Source: Tricharina praecox
Lineage: Eukaryota
NCBI RefSeq assembly: GCF_024521635.1
Contig: NW_026250428.1
Coordinates: forward strand, 124,001-188,000
Length of the DNA stretch: 64,000 nucleotides
Direction of reading: 5' to 3'
How positions within the stretch are numbered: the stretch's first letter is position 1; each line of letters starts with the position of its first letter. The notes under the pieces were generated by a model. It made no database searches and was not told the origin of the DNA. It saw only the letters and a program-made list of their open reading frames with translations. Shown one piece after another: positions 1-12,691 of the stretch. Position numbers and translations under genes: made by a program.

Positions 1-220
1 CACACAAAGGGGTGTTTCTTCGATCCCAAGTGCAACCAGCAAGTTCACATCGGACCATGTCGGACACTGCACGCAAAGGCCGGCGGAAACGGCCGCAAGA
101 ATCACGAGCTGATTGAAAGAATCAAAGCTATGACCTCCGATTCATGAAACGAACAAGTGAAGGTATCACATGATCATACTGTAGTACAGCTGCCGCTCGC
201 CCGCCATCCACCGTCCTCAT

Positions 221-1620
221 CTAATCCGACTCCTCCTCCATACCCGACTCATCCTCTATATCCTGCCTGATTGCTCGCAGTATCATGAGGAACTCTTTCT
301 CGCCGTCACTGCTGGTCTCAAACCCAAGATCAATGACATGCTCCATCAGTGTAATCAGAAAGCTCGCTACAATTTCGAGCCCCTCGCCCTCCGGCCCCCC
401 CTCTGTATAAATACGGAAAAAGTCCTTCAAGGCCACCTTGAGCAGGTATTCGCCAGATACCTCGTCGCACAGCGATATTCCACGCGGCGAACTGTGGCGT
501 ACGGCGAGATACTCGTAGATGCCGGGAAGGTGCTCGAGATCCTCTATTGCCGGATGCGGCAGAGGACTGGAGGTTGGTTGTGCACTGCTCATCATCGGTG
601 TGTTTTGTTGCGATTGATCAGGTGTTATAGGGAAAGGGGTAACAAGTGGGATATGAGCTTGAGGAATGCGCGGCGGCGGAGAGTCGTAGATATAGTATTG
701 TGGCCGCGTGCGGATCATTTTGAATGCGGGAGTCTTTTGAGTTTGAGATGGGACCATGACACAATCATCTCCGTGCAGGTTGAAGGGAATGTTTTCGCGC
801 ATATCCAGAGTCTTCCGCCGTGATCGGCGTGGCCACATATCAAAGGTACTTACCTACCTTGTAGACTATTTCGCGTGACAGGAGGCCGAGTCGGCCCGGT
901 CACCGGTGATATCTGTATGCCCTCGTAAGGGCAAGTTTACCTGAGGTATCCTTTGAAGCCAGACAGGACACTCATTGCTTTATGTGTTACCGCTGATTTC
1001 AGAAAGAGTTTCCAAACTTTGATACCGAACTGGGAACGTCGCGAAGCATTAAAGTGGTGCTTCCACGTTCTCACCACCGGCAGTCCTACTCCTGGGCTGG
1101 GCCCGCCACCTGTTTGGAAACACCTCAGTTTTTTTGACAGCCACGATAACGACTTGAGTGACCACCATCTTGGGCTCCATTTCATCATGCCACGCCTCGA
1201 AAGATAAATACATCTTCACTCCAGGTAACTATGAACATCGCGCAGATATTCCATTTCACATGCGCACACGCTTCTCCCCACTGTGACCGAGCCAGGCGAC
1301 AATGCCGCGACATCAGTTTGCAGCAGGTGATCTGATCTGATCTTGTTTTGAAACAATGATAATACCGCAGTAGAGGGTACTAGCCAGCTAGTAATTCGCT
1401 TTGGTTGCTGTTGTCAGCCAAAGCCACCTCCTTGCCGCCGTTTAAGTAAAATAGTCCCATAACCACCAGCGCTCGCGCTCTAGTACCAGCAAACCGGTTT
1501 CGGCCCGACCACAAAAACCGTTCTTGGCTCTGGCACCTCCTCAATGTCCAGAATCTGAAAGCAGGCCAACTCGACCTCTCTGTAGACGAGCCTGTCGATT
1601 TCCGTGCCGGTATCGAACGC
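221..1620 (-). CDS. Hypothetical multi-exon protein (acidic helical C-terminus); 5' end uncertain
   Basis: Terminal ORF segment ...DEVSGEYLLKVALKDFFRIYTEG...IRQDIEDESGMEEESD* looks protein-like. Donor-like GTAGGTAAGT (~850) and GTAAAC (~938) occur on the minus strand, with further protein-like segments upstream (DTGTEIDRLVYREVELACFQILD). No family recognised. Confidence 0.35.
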
Positions 1621-3617
1621 GTCATCCTGCATATCCTTCCTCACCTCTATTAGAGCAATATCAATCCCTCACTGGCTCGATCACCCGCCGTAGGATCGGC
1701 AGTACTACCGACAGCGGCAGTGCCTCTCACATCGCCCGCGCCACCGGACTCTGCTGCCGGAACCACATGCAGGATTGGAAACTAAACCGCTCGCTCCCGC
1801 GGATGAATCCAAGTGTAGCTTTGACGTGCTGTCAGGCGAGATCACGACGGGGACCGTCAGATATTGGCTGCCCATTTGCATTCGTGCGTTTGTTGAGTTG
1901 TAGGTTGCGGATTGGTTGATTTATAAACTTATTGATTCACAGATGTAGATCTTATGTAGAGAGAACGGATAATTTCGGCCTCGAGTAGTCTGTGATGTGT
2001 AGATTTTTATGCACTGTTCATGAGGCAACCATGTCGAGCCAAACGCGCCTTCAACAAGCGCAAAGACGAAATCACCTGCCATCTAGCCGATCTGGCAACT
2101 GCCATCCCTGCGTTCCACGAAAGAGATGTTGACCTAGCCGCGAGCTTCACAGGCGCTCACTACGACCACGTCATGTTAGCGTACGGCGACTTCGTTTTGG
2201 TATTTATTTTATGCGGCCAAAGAGGAGACGAGTGATACTTTGTGTTTCCATGTAAATCCTACGCCCACGACCTACCGATCCGACGGCTATGAAACACACA
2301 CAATCTCGTCTTGGCTACACATGCGTACTGCTTGAGCCCAAAGCTTACGGGAGAGACAGAAAACATCAGTTTATTGTCGCATACGGCCTTTACTAAATGA
2401 CCTTTGGTTTTAGTACTGAAGGATGAGTCTCGTCATGCCAGCTAGCACCCTTCAGGGTCCTCAAAATTGCTGGAGTGGCGGTTGGTTGGACTTTAGCGTC
2501 ATTCCAGTAGTACAAAAAATGGAACCACTCAAAAGCTCATAACCAGCGTTGACTCTGAGGGACCGGCTGGGCGACTGGTTGGGAGATAGTTGGATGGAAT
2601 CATCATTCTGGACGTCCGCCCTTACAGACAACATTCCACACGCGTCAACAATAGTTACCCTCAATACACGAAGAAATCACCAGCTCTGCCAGGCATCATA
2701 TACCTACTGCGACTAGAAATTACACCCCCGATACAATTATTTGCTCAGAATCAGGTGCGAAAATGCGCAGATTCATCAGGTTGTTGTAATCTATCACGAA
2801 TGACAGATAAATCTTCTGCGAAAGGGTCTGTATCATCGTTTCGGTCAATATTAAGTTGATAATTTGTAATCCTCATACATTTGTGTTGATCGTTTGAGTC
2901 CCGTATTTTTTCCGTGATACGTGGGGCATGATTTCGGAGGGGCATGGTGTCGGAGGTTTGATAGTATCCGAAGTTCAAAAGCTTCTCAAGTTACCATAGC
3001 AACGAGTGTTCGAGCACTTCATTCCTGACCTATCCCTATAACGGCCCAGGAGGTTAGCGGCCACCTGGTTGAAAACACTTGTTATGTCAGCCAATTACAC
3101 TGCTTTTGCACCACACTTCCGTCCCCGTTTAGGCACGCTAAAGTCCAACCAATTGCCCTGCCGCGAATTTTTAGGGCCTTTAATGCAAATTGTCAGAGTT
3201 TGTGCGTGCGGAATGTGTCGATGCCGACCACAGCAATGATAGGCGTCCGGAATGTGGTTATGACAGTTGCAGAAATGCTGGCAGACCACAGTAATGCTGG
3301 CAGACGATCGGCGCGCATCGTCATCGGTATACTATACCATGACCTATGGGACGGACTCGGGATTCTGTAGATATAGAGGGATTCTGTAGATGTAGAGGGC
3401 TTCCAGTCCGGAGAGTTGTGCAGTAATTGAACATGACAAGCATTGAGATTATCTTCTATTTTGACACGAATGACACAACCGATAACGCTCACGTACATTC
3501 TGCTCCCATTATAAACCTCCCATCCACAACCCATCCATCATCCACCATCCAATCCTTCCCTCCTTCTCGAAGATTACACATCACCAAAGACAATATTTAC
3601 ACACCACAACAATCAAT

Positions 3618-4148
3618 ATGCAGATCAATTTGTGTATCCTCCCGATCCTCTCCACCATCGCCGCGGTGGTTTCGGCTGCTCCCTCCGGCATCCTTGCACG
3701 CTCCGGTAGCGTCGCGGCCACGTCCAACAACAAGGCCAACGAGTCCACCGCCGAATACCACATGATCGAGATCCCGGGAATCGATGACGCCATTGCGAAC
3801 CCGGAGCACAGACACGAGAACGGGTTACCACACTACACGGTGGTTTGCAAGACCTCCTGGGCGTCTCCCACCTTCGACGAGATCGACAACGTCGTCTTGA
3901 AGGTCTCCAAGAAGGCGAGGGATGATTGTGGCCAGTACAATCATGGGGGGAGCAAGTGCACACGCTTGCAATGGTACAAGGGCGGTGCTCTCTCGCTGTG
4001 TGGCAAGGCGGGATGGACAATCCCTTGCCCCTCGGTTGCGTGGGCAGGCCAGGAGATTAAGAATAGGTGCGGAAACGACGATATGCAGAGGGCTGGTGGC
4101 CATTTGGCCTTTGCGGCTTCTGGTTACATGAGGACTGTGATTCATTAG
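3618..4148 (+). CDS. Small secreted cysteine-rich protein, 176 aa (effector/toxin-like), copy 1
   Basis: Intronless ORF with hydrophobic signal peptide (ILPILSTIAAVVSA-AP), a pro-region and a mature domain with 6 Cys (CKTSWASP...CTRL...SLCG...IPC...C...AGG). TATAAA at ~3510. Paralog at 45459-46046. Confidence 0.85.
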   Translation: MQINLCILPILSTIAAVVSAAPSGILARSGSVAATSNNKANESTAEYHMIEIPGIDDAIANPEHRHENGLPHYTVVCKTSWASPTFDEIDNVVLKVSKKARDDCGQYNHGGSKCTRLQWYKGGALSLCGKAGWTIPCPSVAWAGQEIKNRCGNDDMQRAGGHLAFAASGYMRTVIH

Positions 4149-4401
4149 ATTTATTCTGAACGCTGAGGGTGAATGGCTGGTGGAGGGAGATTCGGAGGCC
4201 AATTGATTCTTCCGCTACATTCCTACCTTTCTATCTCGATGTGACCTGGTGCATACCGTCTGACTGTAGTATTCATTAGATTTATCCTGAACGCTGAGGG
4301 TGAATGGCTGGTGGAGGGAGATTCGGAGGCCAATTGATTCTTCCGCTACATTCCTACCTTTCTATCTCGATGTGACCTGGTGCATGCTGTCTGACTGTAG
4401 T
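4140..4401 (+). repeat. Tandem duplication, 2 x 131 bp, spanning the stop codon and 3' UTR of copy 1
   Basis: Units 4140-4270 and 4271-4401 both begin attcattagattta and end tgactgtagt with only a few mismatches. The paralog at ~45.3-45.45 kb has a single unit. Confidence 0.95.
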
Positions 4402-4679
4402 GTTGCTCCCCCCGTGCTTCGTCACGTTTGCGAAACGAGATTTTATGCCTCCTCGCTCTGATAGTTCTCGTAGCTAAAGTGAATCCAGAGAATGCCATTG
4501 CAATATTGTTAGCCGTGAAGAATTATAGGGAACGATGACCTCAGCTGGATTATTCCGCGCTCCTCTGGAGGTATGTAGACTCGGTAGACGAAAGCGCTCA
4601 ATATATGCCACCTTGAATTGGGTATTATCGTGGTGATATGCGAGATGTGCTGTAACCTACCTAGAGTGAGTACTTTGTA

Positions 4680-5375
4680 AGAAGAATCGACCCGGTACAG
4701 TACGGCGGGATGATCACTGGCGCGGGAGGCTCGAGCTGGTAGAGCGACAGGTCATCTGAGGGGTGGTAGTGGTGGCTTCTTCGCGCGGGTAGCCGGGGAG
4801 ATCGTGCTCGAGCTATTGCGCTGTGGCGCGTGTCCCCTCCCCTGCACGGAGCTGCGCCATCAGGCGCAGATATGCTTTGAGGAGCGGAGGCTTCTCGGGG
4901 ATATAGGGGGACCTTGTGAATCTGCTGATCGATTCGCGTCTAGCGACCTCCGCGTCGATGGTAAACGAGCTGCACAGTAACTTGGCTGAGTCGCTGCCGG
5001 TGCTGTGGAAGTGGGTGGGTTGGGGCATTGTCGAGATGGGAGGCAGTGGCCACTGTGCGGGGATCTAGTCGGTGGTTGGAGTACTTGCGGTGCTGGAAGG
5101 GGTGGGGATCGGGGGGACGTAGATGCGTGGGCAAGTGGGCAAGTGGCAGGGCCACGATGGAGCGTCTTTAATGTTTTGGTTTTCCAGAAGACAGGCTCCC
5201 GTTTCACCCCTTGGAATTTGAGCTCGGTAGAGGGGAGGGCCAATTGCTGGTAGCGGAACATGGATGTCATCACCCACCTTACCACGAGCAATGTTAGTGG
5301 AAGTTAATCCACTCGAGCGAAATAGCCTATACTTAGATCACCTCTGTCCAGGCAGCTTGAAGGTTGGGAAAGTCG
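4680..5375 (-). pseudogene. Unknown gene 'X', copy 1 (truncated, stops/frameshift)
   Basis: Peptide LKAYLRLMAQLRAGEGTRAT...PSDDLSLYQLE matches the copy at 9161-9616. In-frame stop at 4813 and a small insertion after WTEVI. Confidence 0.6.
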
Positions 5376-5384
5376 ACTATTGCG

Positions 5385-7600
5385 ATTCTACCGGAGTGAG
5401 GGCCGGCGAAACGATTTACGTACCGATAGTACGGGTTTTGATGGTAAACTTGGTCACTCCTTCCAACAATGAGTGGTGGTTTAACTGTGAACATAGAACG
5501 ATTGAGAAGAATGAAAAATGTGGGGCTCCTGGCCGAGCTTCAAGAGTAGCTACACCATGGAATTGAGACCCATGTTGTTAGCGGGAAGTGGTGATAGTTT
5601 GCGGGTGAAGAATGGCAGACTGGTTCAATGAGACCAGAGAGAGGGGGAAGAGGAGAAGAGGAGAAGAGGAGAAGAGATGAGGAGAGCGGGGCGAGGGGGG
5701 GGGTTTATAGTCAAAGATTTCTGCAAGTCGACACTTCCCGACTATGGGTTTGCGCGGGAGCTGCGGGTCGACAGGTTGGAAGTTTTGGTGGGTGTCATGG
5801 TCCTGGAGACTAAGCTCGCTCAAGTATGGGTTGCTTGGTCACAGAAGGAAGCTATGTGGACACGAAGTGTACGGTAGAAAAAAGTGTCGAGTAGGAACAG
5901 GTGATATGATGTGACTATTCCACCACCAGCCGGTATCGAATTCCTCCTCCCATAGCTTCTCAACATTCACCGTATTTCATATGCTCCAAGCGGCCGCCTC
6001 TTTCCAGCCCTCGTGTAAACGAGTCTCGAAGCCACAGACTACATCCGAACTCATCACGCCAGATCAAACAGATACAACGCGTAATCTTTCTTCCGCCTAA
6101 CCCGCCGATACAGCCTTCTATGAGTCTGACTTCCGGTCGCAAACCCCGTTTCCTTCATCCGACGTTTTAAAAAACACAGCGGTATGTACCCGGCATCGAT
6201 CCTTTGCGGTACGTCGAGTTTCACCATGTACCGGTGCAGCAACCGACGCAGTACGGAGTAGGGAACCATGTCGCATACGGCTCGTGTGGCCCGAGAGACG
6301 TTGCGCAGCGATAGGTACTCGTTGATGCTCGAAAGCTCTTCGATGATATTCAGAAGTACCCCCGGCGGGAGGTGGTAGGAGGTGGAGGGAGTGTCGGGTT
6401 GCATCGTCGAGGAGGGGGAGGGATCACCGGGTTCCATTGCCGAGGAGAAAGATGGATCGCAGGGTTGCATCGTCGAGGAGGGGGGCGGGGGGTCGGGGGT
6501 GTGTTGATCGTTCGTTGAGGGGTACAGTTGTGGAGCGTGCGAGGATGCAGGTAGCTCGGGCGTCGGCTGTCCCTCGGTGCCGTTTCTCGGAACTAGCGCA
6601 GAGTCCCTCGGTGGTATTCTGTGTGTCACTCTGAAACCTAGAGACTGCGAAGACCATAGATTCCCCAGGATGCCCGCTCAGAGAGTGATCAAAAGAAGCA
6701 GGGGCTCTACATTTCCACAGCGGAGAAAATGCGCTTGGTCTCCAACTAGAAAACGGAGTACCTGACGTGGACAACGCTCATGTGTCATGATGAGCTATGA
6801 GAGCTTTGTGGTAGGTCATATGCGTATACCGGTGGTGGGCTGCGGACTGCGGGAATTTCGGATGGTGAAGGACTCTGCCTGCCTGCCTGCCGCAGTCCGT
6901 CCGCGGTTTTTCCTTGGGACAGACGGGATAGACGCTCGGGATGTCTGGTAGGATTGAACCTGTCAAACTTTGGTCGCCCGGAGATCTTAGTTAAGGTTTA
7001 GTGGTGGAAGAATCTCGACGGCGGCCAGGCAAACTCTGATGAGCGGGCTCGGCGAAGTCTGATCAGCGGCCAACTTTGTTCGGCGGCCAAACTTACATGG
7101 CCTCTCAGTCTTAAATAGGGGTCTTCGCCGTGAACGAAGGGTTCTTCTTCTGTATCGAATACAATATCATCATCTGTCTACCTATATATTTCAACAGTAA
7201 TAATTAACACCGCGAAAGAGGCCTTGAAATCCAACAATCAACTCATCAGTCACAATATTCCAGGCCGGAATCGCGGACAGCGGTTCACACGTATCACGCG
7301 CCGAAGATCTGAAGCCAGTGCTGCGCATCCAGTGCTTCACTTAGACCTGTCACCCGTAGGCTCTGTCGATTGAAAGTTTTCGCAATTTGCAATTATTCCG
7401 ATGAGTGGTCGCTACTCGACGCCCATAGTCCAGACAAACAGTGTGAATCTTCCAGGTCCCACCGTTCCACAATCCAGCCGAACTTCAGTCTTCGCAAAAG
7501 CTTCCCCGTGTTCCGCCTAGACCACCTTCTACTCGTCACATCTACTACTTTTGAACTGAGCTCTTGCACCTGTCAATATCGCCTTGTCGGGACTGTGTTT
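5385..7600. repeat. Left arm of a large inverted duplication (partner ~16180-18316)
   Basis: Colinear reverse-complement matches, e.g. 5571 catgttgttagcgggaagtggtgatag vs 18080 ctatcaccacttcccgctgacaacatg, and 7478 ccgaacttcagtcttcgcaa vs 16275 ttgcgaagactaaagttcgg. Non-matching insert at ~6700-7190. Confidence 0.85.
6054..6629 (-). CDS. F-box-like protein family A, copy 1 (first in-frame ATG at 6470)
   Basis: YHLPPGVLLNIIEELSSINEYLSLRNVSRATRAVC fits the F-box pattern LP-x-E-(VL)-x-x-I...L-x-x-V-(S/C)-R. It is preceded by short MEP/MQP-xDPS repeats and has a paralog at 16907-17440. Confidence 0.65.
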   Translation of the reverse strand: MTHRIPPRDSALVPRNGTEGQPTPELPASSHAPQLYPSTNDQHTPDPPPPSSTMQPCDPSFSSAMEPGDPSPSSTMQPDTPSTSYHLPPGVLLNIIEELSSINEYLSLRNVSRATRAVCDMVPYSVLRRLLHRYMVKLDVPQRIDAGYIPLCFLKRRMKETGFATGSQTHRRLYRRVRRKKDYALYLFDLA

Positions 7601-7862
7601 AATCTTTGATGAAGTTACAGCCTGTTGTCCGCCTACCGCGCGCACACGCTACCCACCTCACGATTACAGAAGAAAAACATGACCACACTCCTCATTGCAC
7701 CATTCCCGGACACAGTACCCTTCCGGAAACTCCTGTTCGGCCTCCTCCTCTGTTGTTAAGGTTTTCTTCCCCATCTTCGCCGTCCTTCGGTATTCTAACA
7801 CTGCTTCCCAACAGCGCTCGTCTGCGAACCGGTCTTCCATGCTCCATTTCCTCTTCTCCCGT

Positions 7863-8099
7863 CAGTGTTCTACATAGACCAGACCGGTCGGCCAACCAGA
7901 CGGGTCAGGCGGGATATAACCTGACCGACCAGGCCTAATACTTTTCTGGTCGCGATATATCCCGACCCGACTAGACCTAAAATGTTTTGGTCGGAATATG
8001 TACCGACCCGACCAGACCTAAAATATTTTAGTCGGGATATATCCCGACCAGACCCGACCATGCCCAAATTTGGTCGGGACTGGTCTATGTAGAACACTG
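7863..8099. mobile_element. hAT-type MITE, 237 bp
   Basis: Perfect 20 bp TIRs cagtgttctacatagaccag / ctggtctatgtagaacactg; 8 bp TSD with one mismatch (tctcccgt / tctccctt); internal subterminal repeats (cccgacc, agacctaaaat). Confidence 0.9.
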
Positions 8100-9797
8100 T
8101 CTCCCTTCCAGTTTCTTTCATGATCCTGGTCTACATCGCCTTTTTTGGGGTCCTCCACTGGTCGCTGGTATGAAGAGGTGATCGCGAGCCTGTTTGCAGG
8201 GGTTGCACCGCCATCACCGGTGGTCCTCTTGCTTCTTGCTTCTTGACTCGGTTGATGTACAGCCTACTGACGTGTTGTCGGGTTTCTTCATGGATTGAAG
8301 GGGAGGCTTGAAACCCTTATGGGTAATACTATCCCAGGCCCGTCCTGTTCCTCCTGCCACCTCTTCGCGCCGATTCGTCTCTTCTGTTTGGCTAGTGATG
8401 CCGGAATGGCGAACTTGCGTTTCCCATACATACATGTGGTTGTACCGCATCCACTCGACACTGGTTTGTTCGCGGCCTGTTTGACCCATCGTTCCGCTTT
8501 TTGGCCCCCTTCGATGCTCAAGTGTGCCCAGCACCAACAGTCACCTTTGGTTTTAGTACCTTTTTTTTTTTTGCCGGAAGAAGCCGAGTGATACGCAGTG
8601 TATCCTGATAAATTACCACGCGTCTCAACATTGACACCATTCTAAATCCTATCAAACACACAGAATCTCGTCTCAGAGACACATGTGCACTTTGGGTCAT
8701 TAATTAAGGGAAACCGCTCATGCAATACATCCTGAGTGAATGAGTCACCGAGTGATTATAGCAACAAGACGTAAATTTGTCAAAGCTTCATGTCGCTACT
8801 ATTCGGATAGTAATAAGAGTACGTATCCGCCTCGGCCTCCCCCACCCTCCCACCATCTTCCCCCCCCTCCATCGCACCATCCTCCACCTGCTCCTCATAT
8901 CCCCCCCACCCACCACCCAACCAGCCATCCACTAATTCATAAACAATCGCCTCCTCCACCCGCCCCCCCTCCACCACCTCAGGCCTCAACCCGTTGCACA
9001 CCTTCTCGTCCAGATCATAAAGAACCACACGCCTCCAGTGATTCCGGAAGTCATACGCCCCATGCGTGATCCTCGCGCCGACTACATACTTCCCCAGCGG
9101 CTCGGCCTCGTACGTGGTGTCGTTCCTGGCAGAAATGGAGTTAGTATTGTAGGGTACGGCCTACCTACATAGAGGGAGTGTTTTGTTGGACCCTGTACAG
9201 TACGCCGAGATCGTCACCGGCCCGGGTGACTCGAGCTGGTAGAGCGACAGGTCGTCTGAGGGGGTGGTGGTGGTGGTGTCCGCTTTGCCAGGACAGCCCG
9301 GTAGGTCGCTCCATTTGGCGTTCTCGAGCCAGTGCAACGTGGCGCGTGCCCCCTCCCCTACGCGGAGCTGCGCCATCAAGCGCAGATAGGCTTTCAGCGC
9401 CCACGGCTTCTGCGGTGTCGAGGATTGTGCGGGGCTGCTGATAGATGCGGGCCAAGCGACGTCCAACTCCACGGTCAGCGAGGTGGAAACCAATATCGCT
9501 GAGTCGCTACTGGTGCTTCGAAAGTGGTGAGGTGGAACATTAGCGAGATGGAGGGGAGTGGTTGTGGATAAATCGCCGGGCTGGAAGCGGTGAGGGTGGG
9601 TGCATGGCAGCTTCACGGTGTCGTCCTTTTGATGTTTGAACCTTCGAGAAGACCGGCTCCCGTGTGACTGCTGGGCTGGGTGGAGGGGAGGGCCGATTGC
9701 TGCTAGCGGAACACGGAAGTCGCCAGGCCACCCTCCCAGGTGTAAGTTTAGTGAGGATTAAACCACTAGAGCGAGATAGCCTAAAGATCACCTCCGT

Positions 9798-9976
9798 TGT
9801 GGAGCGTTACATCATGTTAGTAAGCGGTGGACTAGTGGTGGGGGGACGAGGCACGAGGAGCAGGACGGACGACTCTCTTGTTGACCTTTTCTGTACTGAG
9901 ACCAAGATCATCATCAGCAATCAATCGTTCACCCATCATCAACCCCATCGTCACGATTCATCAAACCGGCCGCTCA
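9798..9976 (+). repeat. 5' LTR (179 bp)
   Basis: tgtggagcgttac...ggccgctca; 6 substitutions and 1 indel versus the 3' LTR by eye. Confidence 0.95.
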
Positions 9977-9994
9977 TGGTGCTCTGACTCGGAG
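9977..9994 (+). promoter_or_regulatory. Primer binding site
   Basis: tggtgctctgactcggag immediately follows the LTR. Its reverse complement reads like a tRNA 3' end (CCGAG-TCAGAGC-A-CCA). The tRNA identity was not determined. Confidence 0.75.
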
Positions 9995-10028
9995 TGAATT
10001 AAAACAGCAGAGGACAGTTTACAGTGCC

Positions 10029-10078
10029 GTGTCAACAGAGGAAGAGCAGAGAAAGAGGGAGGAGAGAAATCCAACTCC

Positions 10079-10111
<33 letters not shown>

Positions 10112-12472
10112 AACAACAACAACAACAACAAGAAACCGGTTCGGTAGGAGGCAGGTGAAATTGGAGTCACCGGCCTTCGAAACGATCACTAGGGAACAGT
10201 TCAGGAGGCTGGAACCAAGAGCAGTGTGCAATCCATACGTTCAGGGCTTCGCTGAATTTTACACACTAGGACTGCTAAGCGTACGGTCACGCATACCAAA
10301 CAACGGTCACCCTGAACTTTACCTCGACGAGAAGCATATCACAGCTGTCGAGACAGAAGTGGCAAGTAGCTTTGTCCCCAACGAGAGAACCACTATTTCA
10401 AACCCATCGCAATACAGAAATCAGCTTACGCTGTCGGACAATTCTAGCGGATCAGAAGAGGAAGAAGGGAATTACTGCGAATTACAGCTGGAAGAAGGAA
10501 TCTTTCATATTACTTTCCAATCTCAATCTCCTCCATCCCCTCCATCGGTGATTCCTTCATCTGAATTAGGAAATTCGCTGACTCCCTCCCTACATATACA
10601 GTCTTCTGCCACCACCGATCATACCGAGCACCATCGTCGTCCAACTGGGAATACCATCAGGATCAAGGTTTTCAAAGGCATTAGGGACGGGTCAGAGGTT
10701 CCAGAGGAATTCCTAGACGACATTGAGTTCACCACCGAGCAACTGGAGAGCACCGCACCTACCGACAAGACTCGACTGAGATTCTTCCGCCAGTACCTGG
10801 ACCTGGAGGAGTACGCTTCCAATAGGTGGAACCTGGATGTTCCTCAGGCCGACAAGAAGGATTGTCAGAAGGTTGTCGCAGCCTTTAAGGGCAAGTTTGG
10901 AAATGGGCAACAAGCGGGCCAGAAAACGGGTGAACTACAGAATGGGATAGCCAGCCTTGCCCAGGGTGAATCGGAATCCATAGCGGCGTATGTGCACCGT
11001 GCAAAATTGATCAACAAAAAAAACACCCCAGAGTTCAGCAACCTTTTAGCGATGCGTTTTGTTCGAGGTATGCAGGATGATTTCCATAAAGACAGAGTGG
11101 AACTCTCGCGGGGGGAGGAGAAATATACAGCTACATTTACGCAAGTATTGTCCAAGTAATGGGGTCATACAGGCGACTAGGACAGGCGGACCCATTCAGT
11201 GACAGTAAATCTGCGGGAGGGATATCTGCCACTCCAGACTATCTGGTCCCAGCGAGGGGGATGGCCCCAGCTGCGGCAGCTCAGTTGGAACCCAAACAAC
11301 CTGAGACGAACAGGACAGACGAAGCTCTGGCCAAAATGATATCACTGCTTGAGAAACTTGATAATGCGCAGGATTTTAAGAAGCCGGCCCACACTACTCC
11401 CGGTGGGGACCGTCCGGCGTCACAGGGAAAGCGAAGGATGGGCTATCCATTTGACATAAGTGGTATTCAATGCTGGTTATGTAGCAATTTCGGCCGTTTC
11501 CCAGACAAATGCACAGTGGAAACAATCCTGCCGGTCGAAGAACAACGAGACCTGAAAAGGAAGATTCTGACAGAACTGGCCAAAGCAAAACAACAAGCGA
11601 AAATTGAGGAAGCAGTTAGTCAAGCAACTATGAGCCTGTTGCGTCCGACTGAGGAAAACATGACTACTGTGGATCCAAACTTGAAAGGCTACCAGTTTCA
11701 ACGCGCTGCTGGTGTACAAGTAGTGAGACGCCCAGATATCATGAATGCAGCATCTGCATGTGCTATTCTAGCGAGGATACCAGCTGTTAGGGGAGTGGTG
11801 GAAAATGCGTTGATGGCAGAGAAACGGAAAACTGGAGACGTACCGGACACGCCCGCCCAGCGAAGCTACAACGTCCAGGGCACAGCGATTGAAACACTGC
11901 TTTGCTATGAAGATACAGCGAGCCCGGTGGCATCCACAGAAAACTCCCCTCTTTTACATGATCGATCTCGGGAGAAAGAGGCAGTTCATTATTCGCCACC
12001 GACAGTGGAAGATGCTGCAGAGGGATTATCTGCAGATACAGGAATCCCGTTGATACCTAAGATGACGGACACACTGGGTGATATTTTCACTGACACACAA
12101 TCCCCACTGGAACGGGAAGATTTGGGGGAAACACCGAATGGCCCATCAGCGTCCCAACCACAACACAGACTCGCCAAGCGCGAGGAATACAAGAGGCCAG
12201 AACCGATCCTAATGCTGAGAGGTGATAAACAATACAATTTGGAAGAAGTAATCAACTCGATTCAACCAAATACAACACTTGCACAGCTGTTAGATGCGTC
12301 CTCGGCGCTGCGGCAACAATTATTCAGCCTACTGCGTACAATCATACCTCGAACAAGGAAGCGTCGATTTAATACAGCAAACCTGGTTAATAATCTGGCT
12401 TCACCCCAGACACCCCCGGCCATTAACAAGGGGTATATATATGCAAATCCACCTTCGTCAGCCCGGAGTTAG
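10029..12472 (+). pseudogene. gag: gag-like polyprotein (frameshift at 11159)
   Basis: Retrotransposon gag motif LAQGESESIAAYVHRAK...LAMRFVRGM, a degenerate knuckle CWLCSNFGRFPDKC and a TLAQLLDAS motif; (CAA)n microsatellite at ~10078-10131. Confidence 0.8.
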
Positions 12473-12691
12473 GCATTCAGGATGCTATATCCACCAGCAC
12501 CTCACGGAGAACCTGCACTCTGCGGAGGCCACGGAAGAGAGTAGACCACAAATGCTGCCGACCAGAAAATGATAGAAGAGAAGGGCATCATTAAGGTGGT
12601 GGCAGTGGGGCTACCAACAACAGAGGATCAAACGGGATGGAAAAACGACGAGGCGGTTTCGAAAAAAGAGGAATTTGAAAACCAATAACAA

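Noticed and set aside
11157..11161. TAATG stop-start overlap suggesting programmed termination-reinitiation in gag
   Set aside because: A single lost base (aag gta atg) explains it, and the element has other frameshifts and stops.
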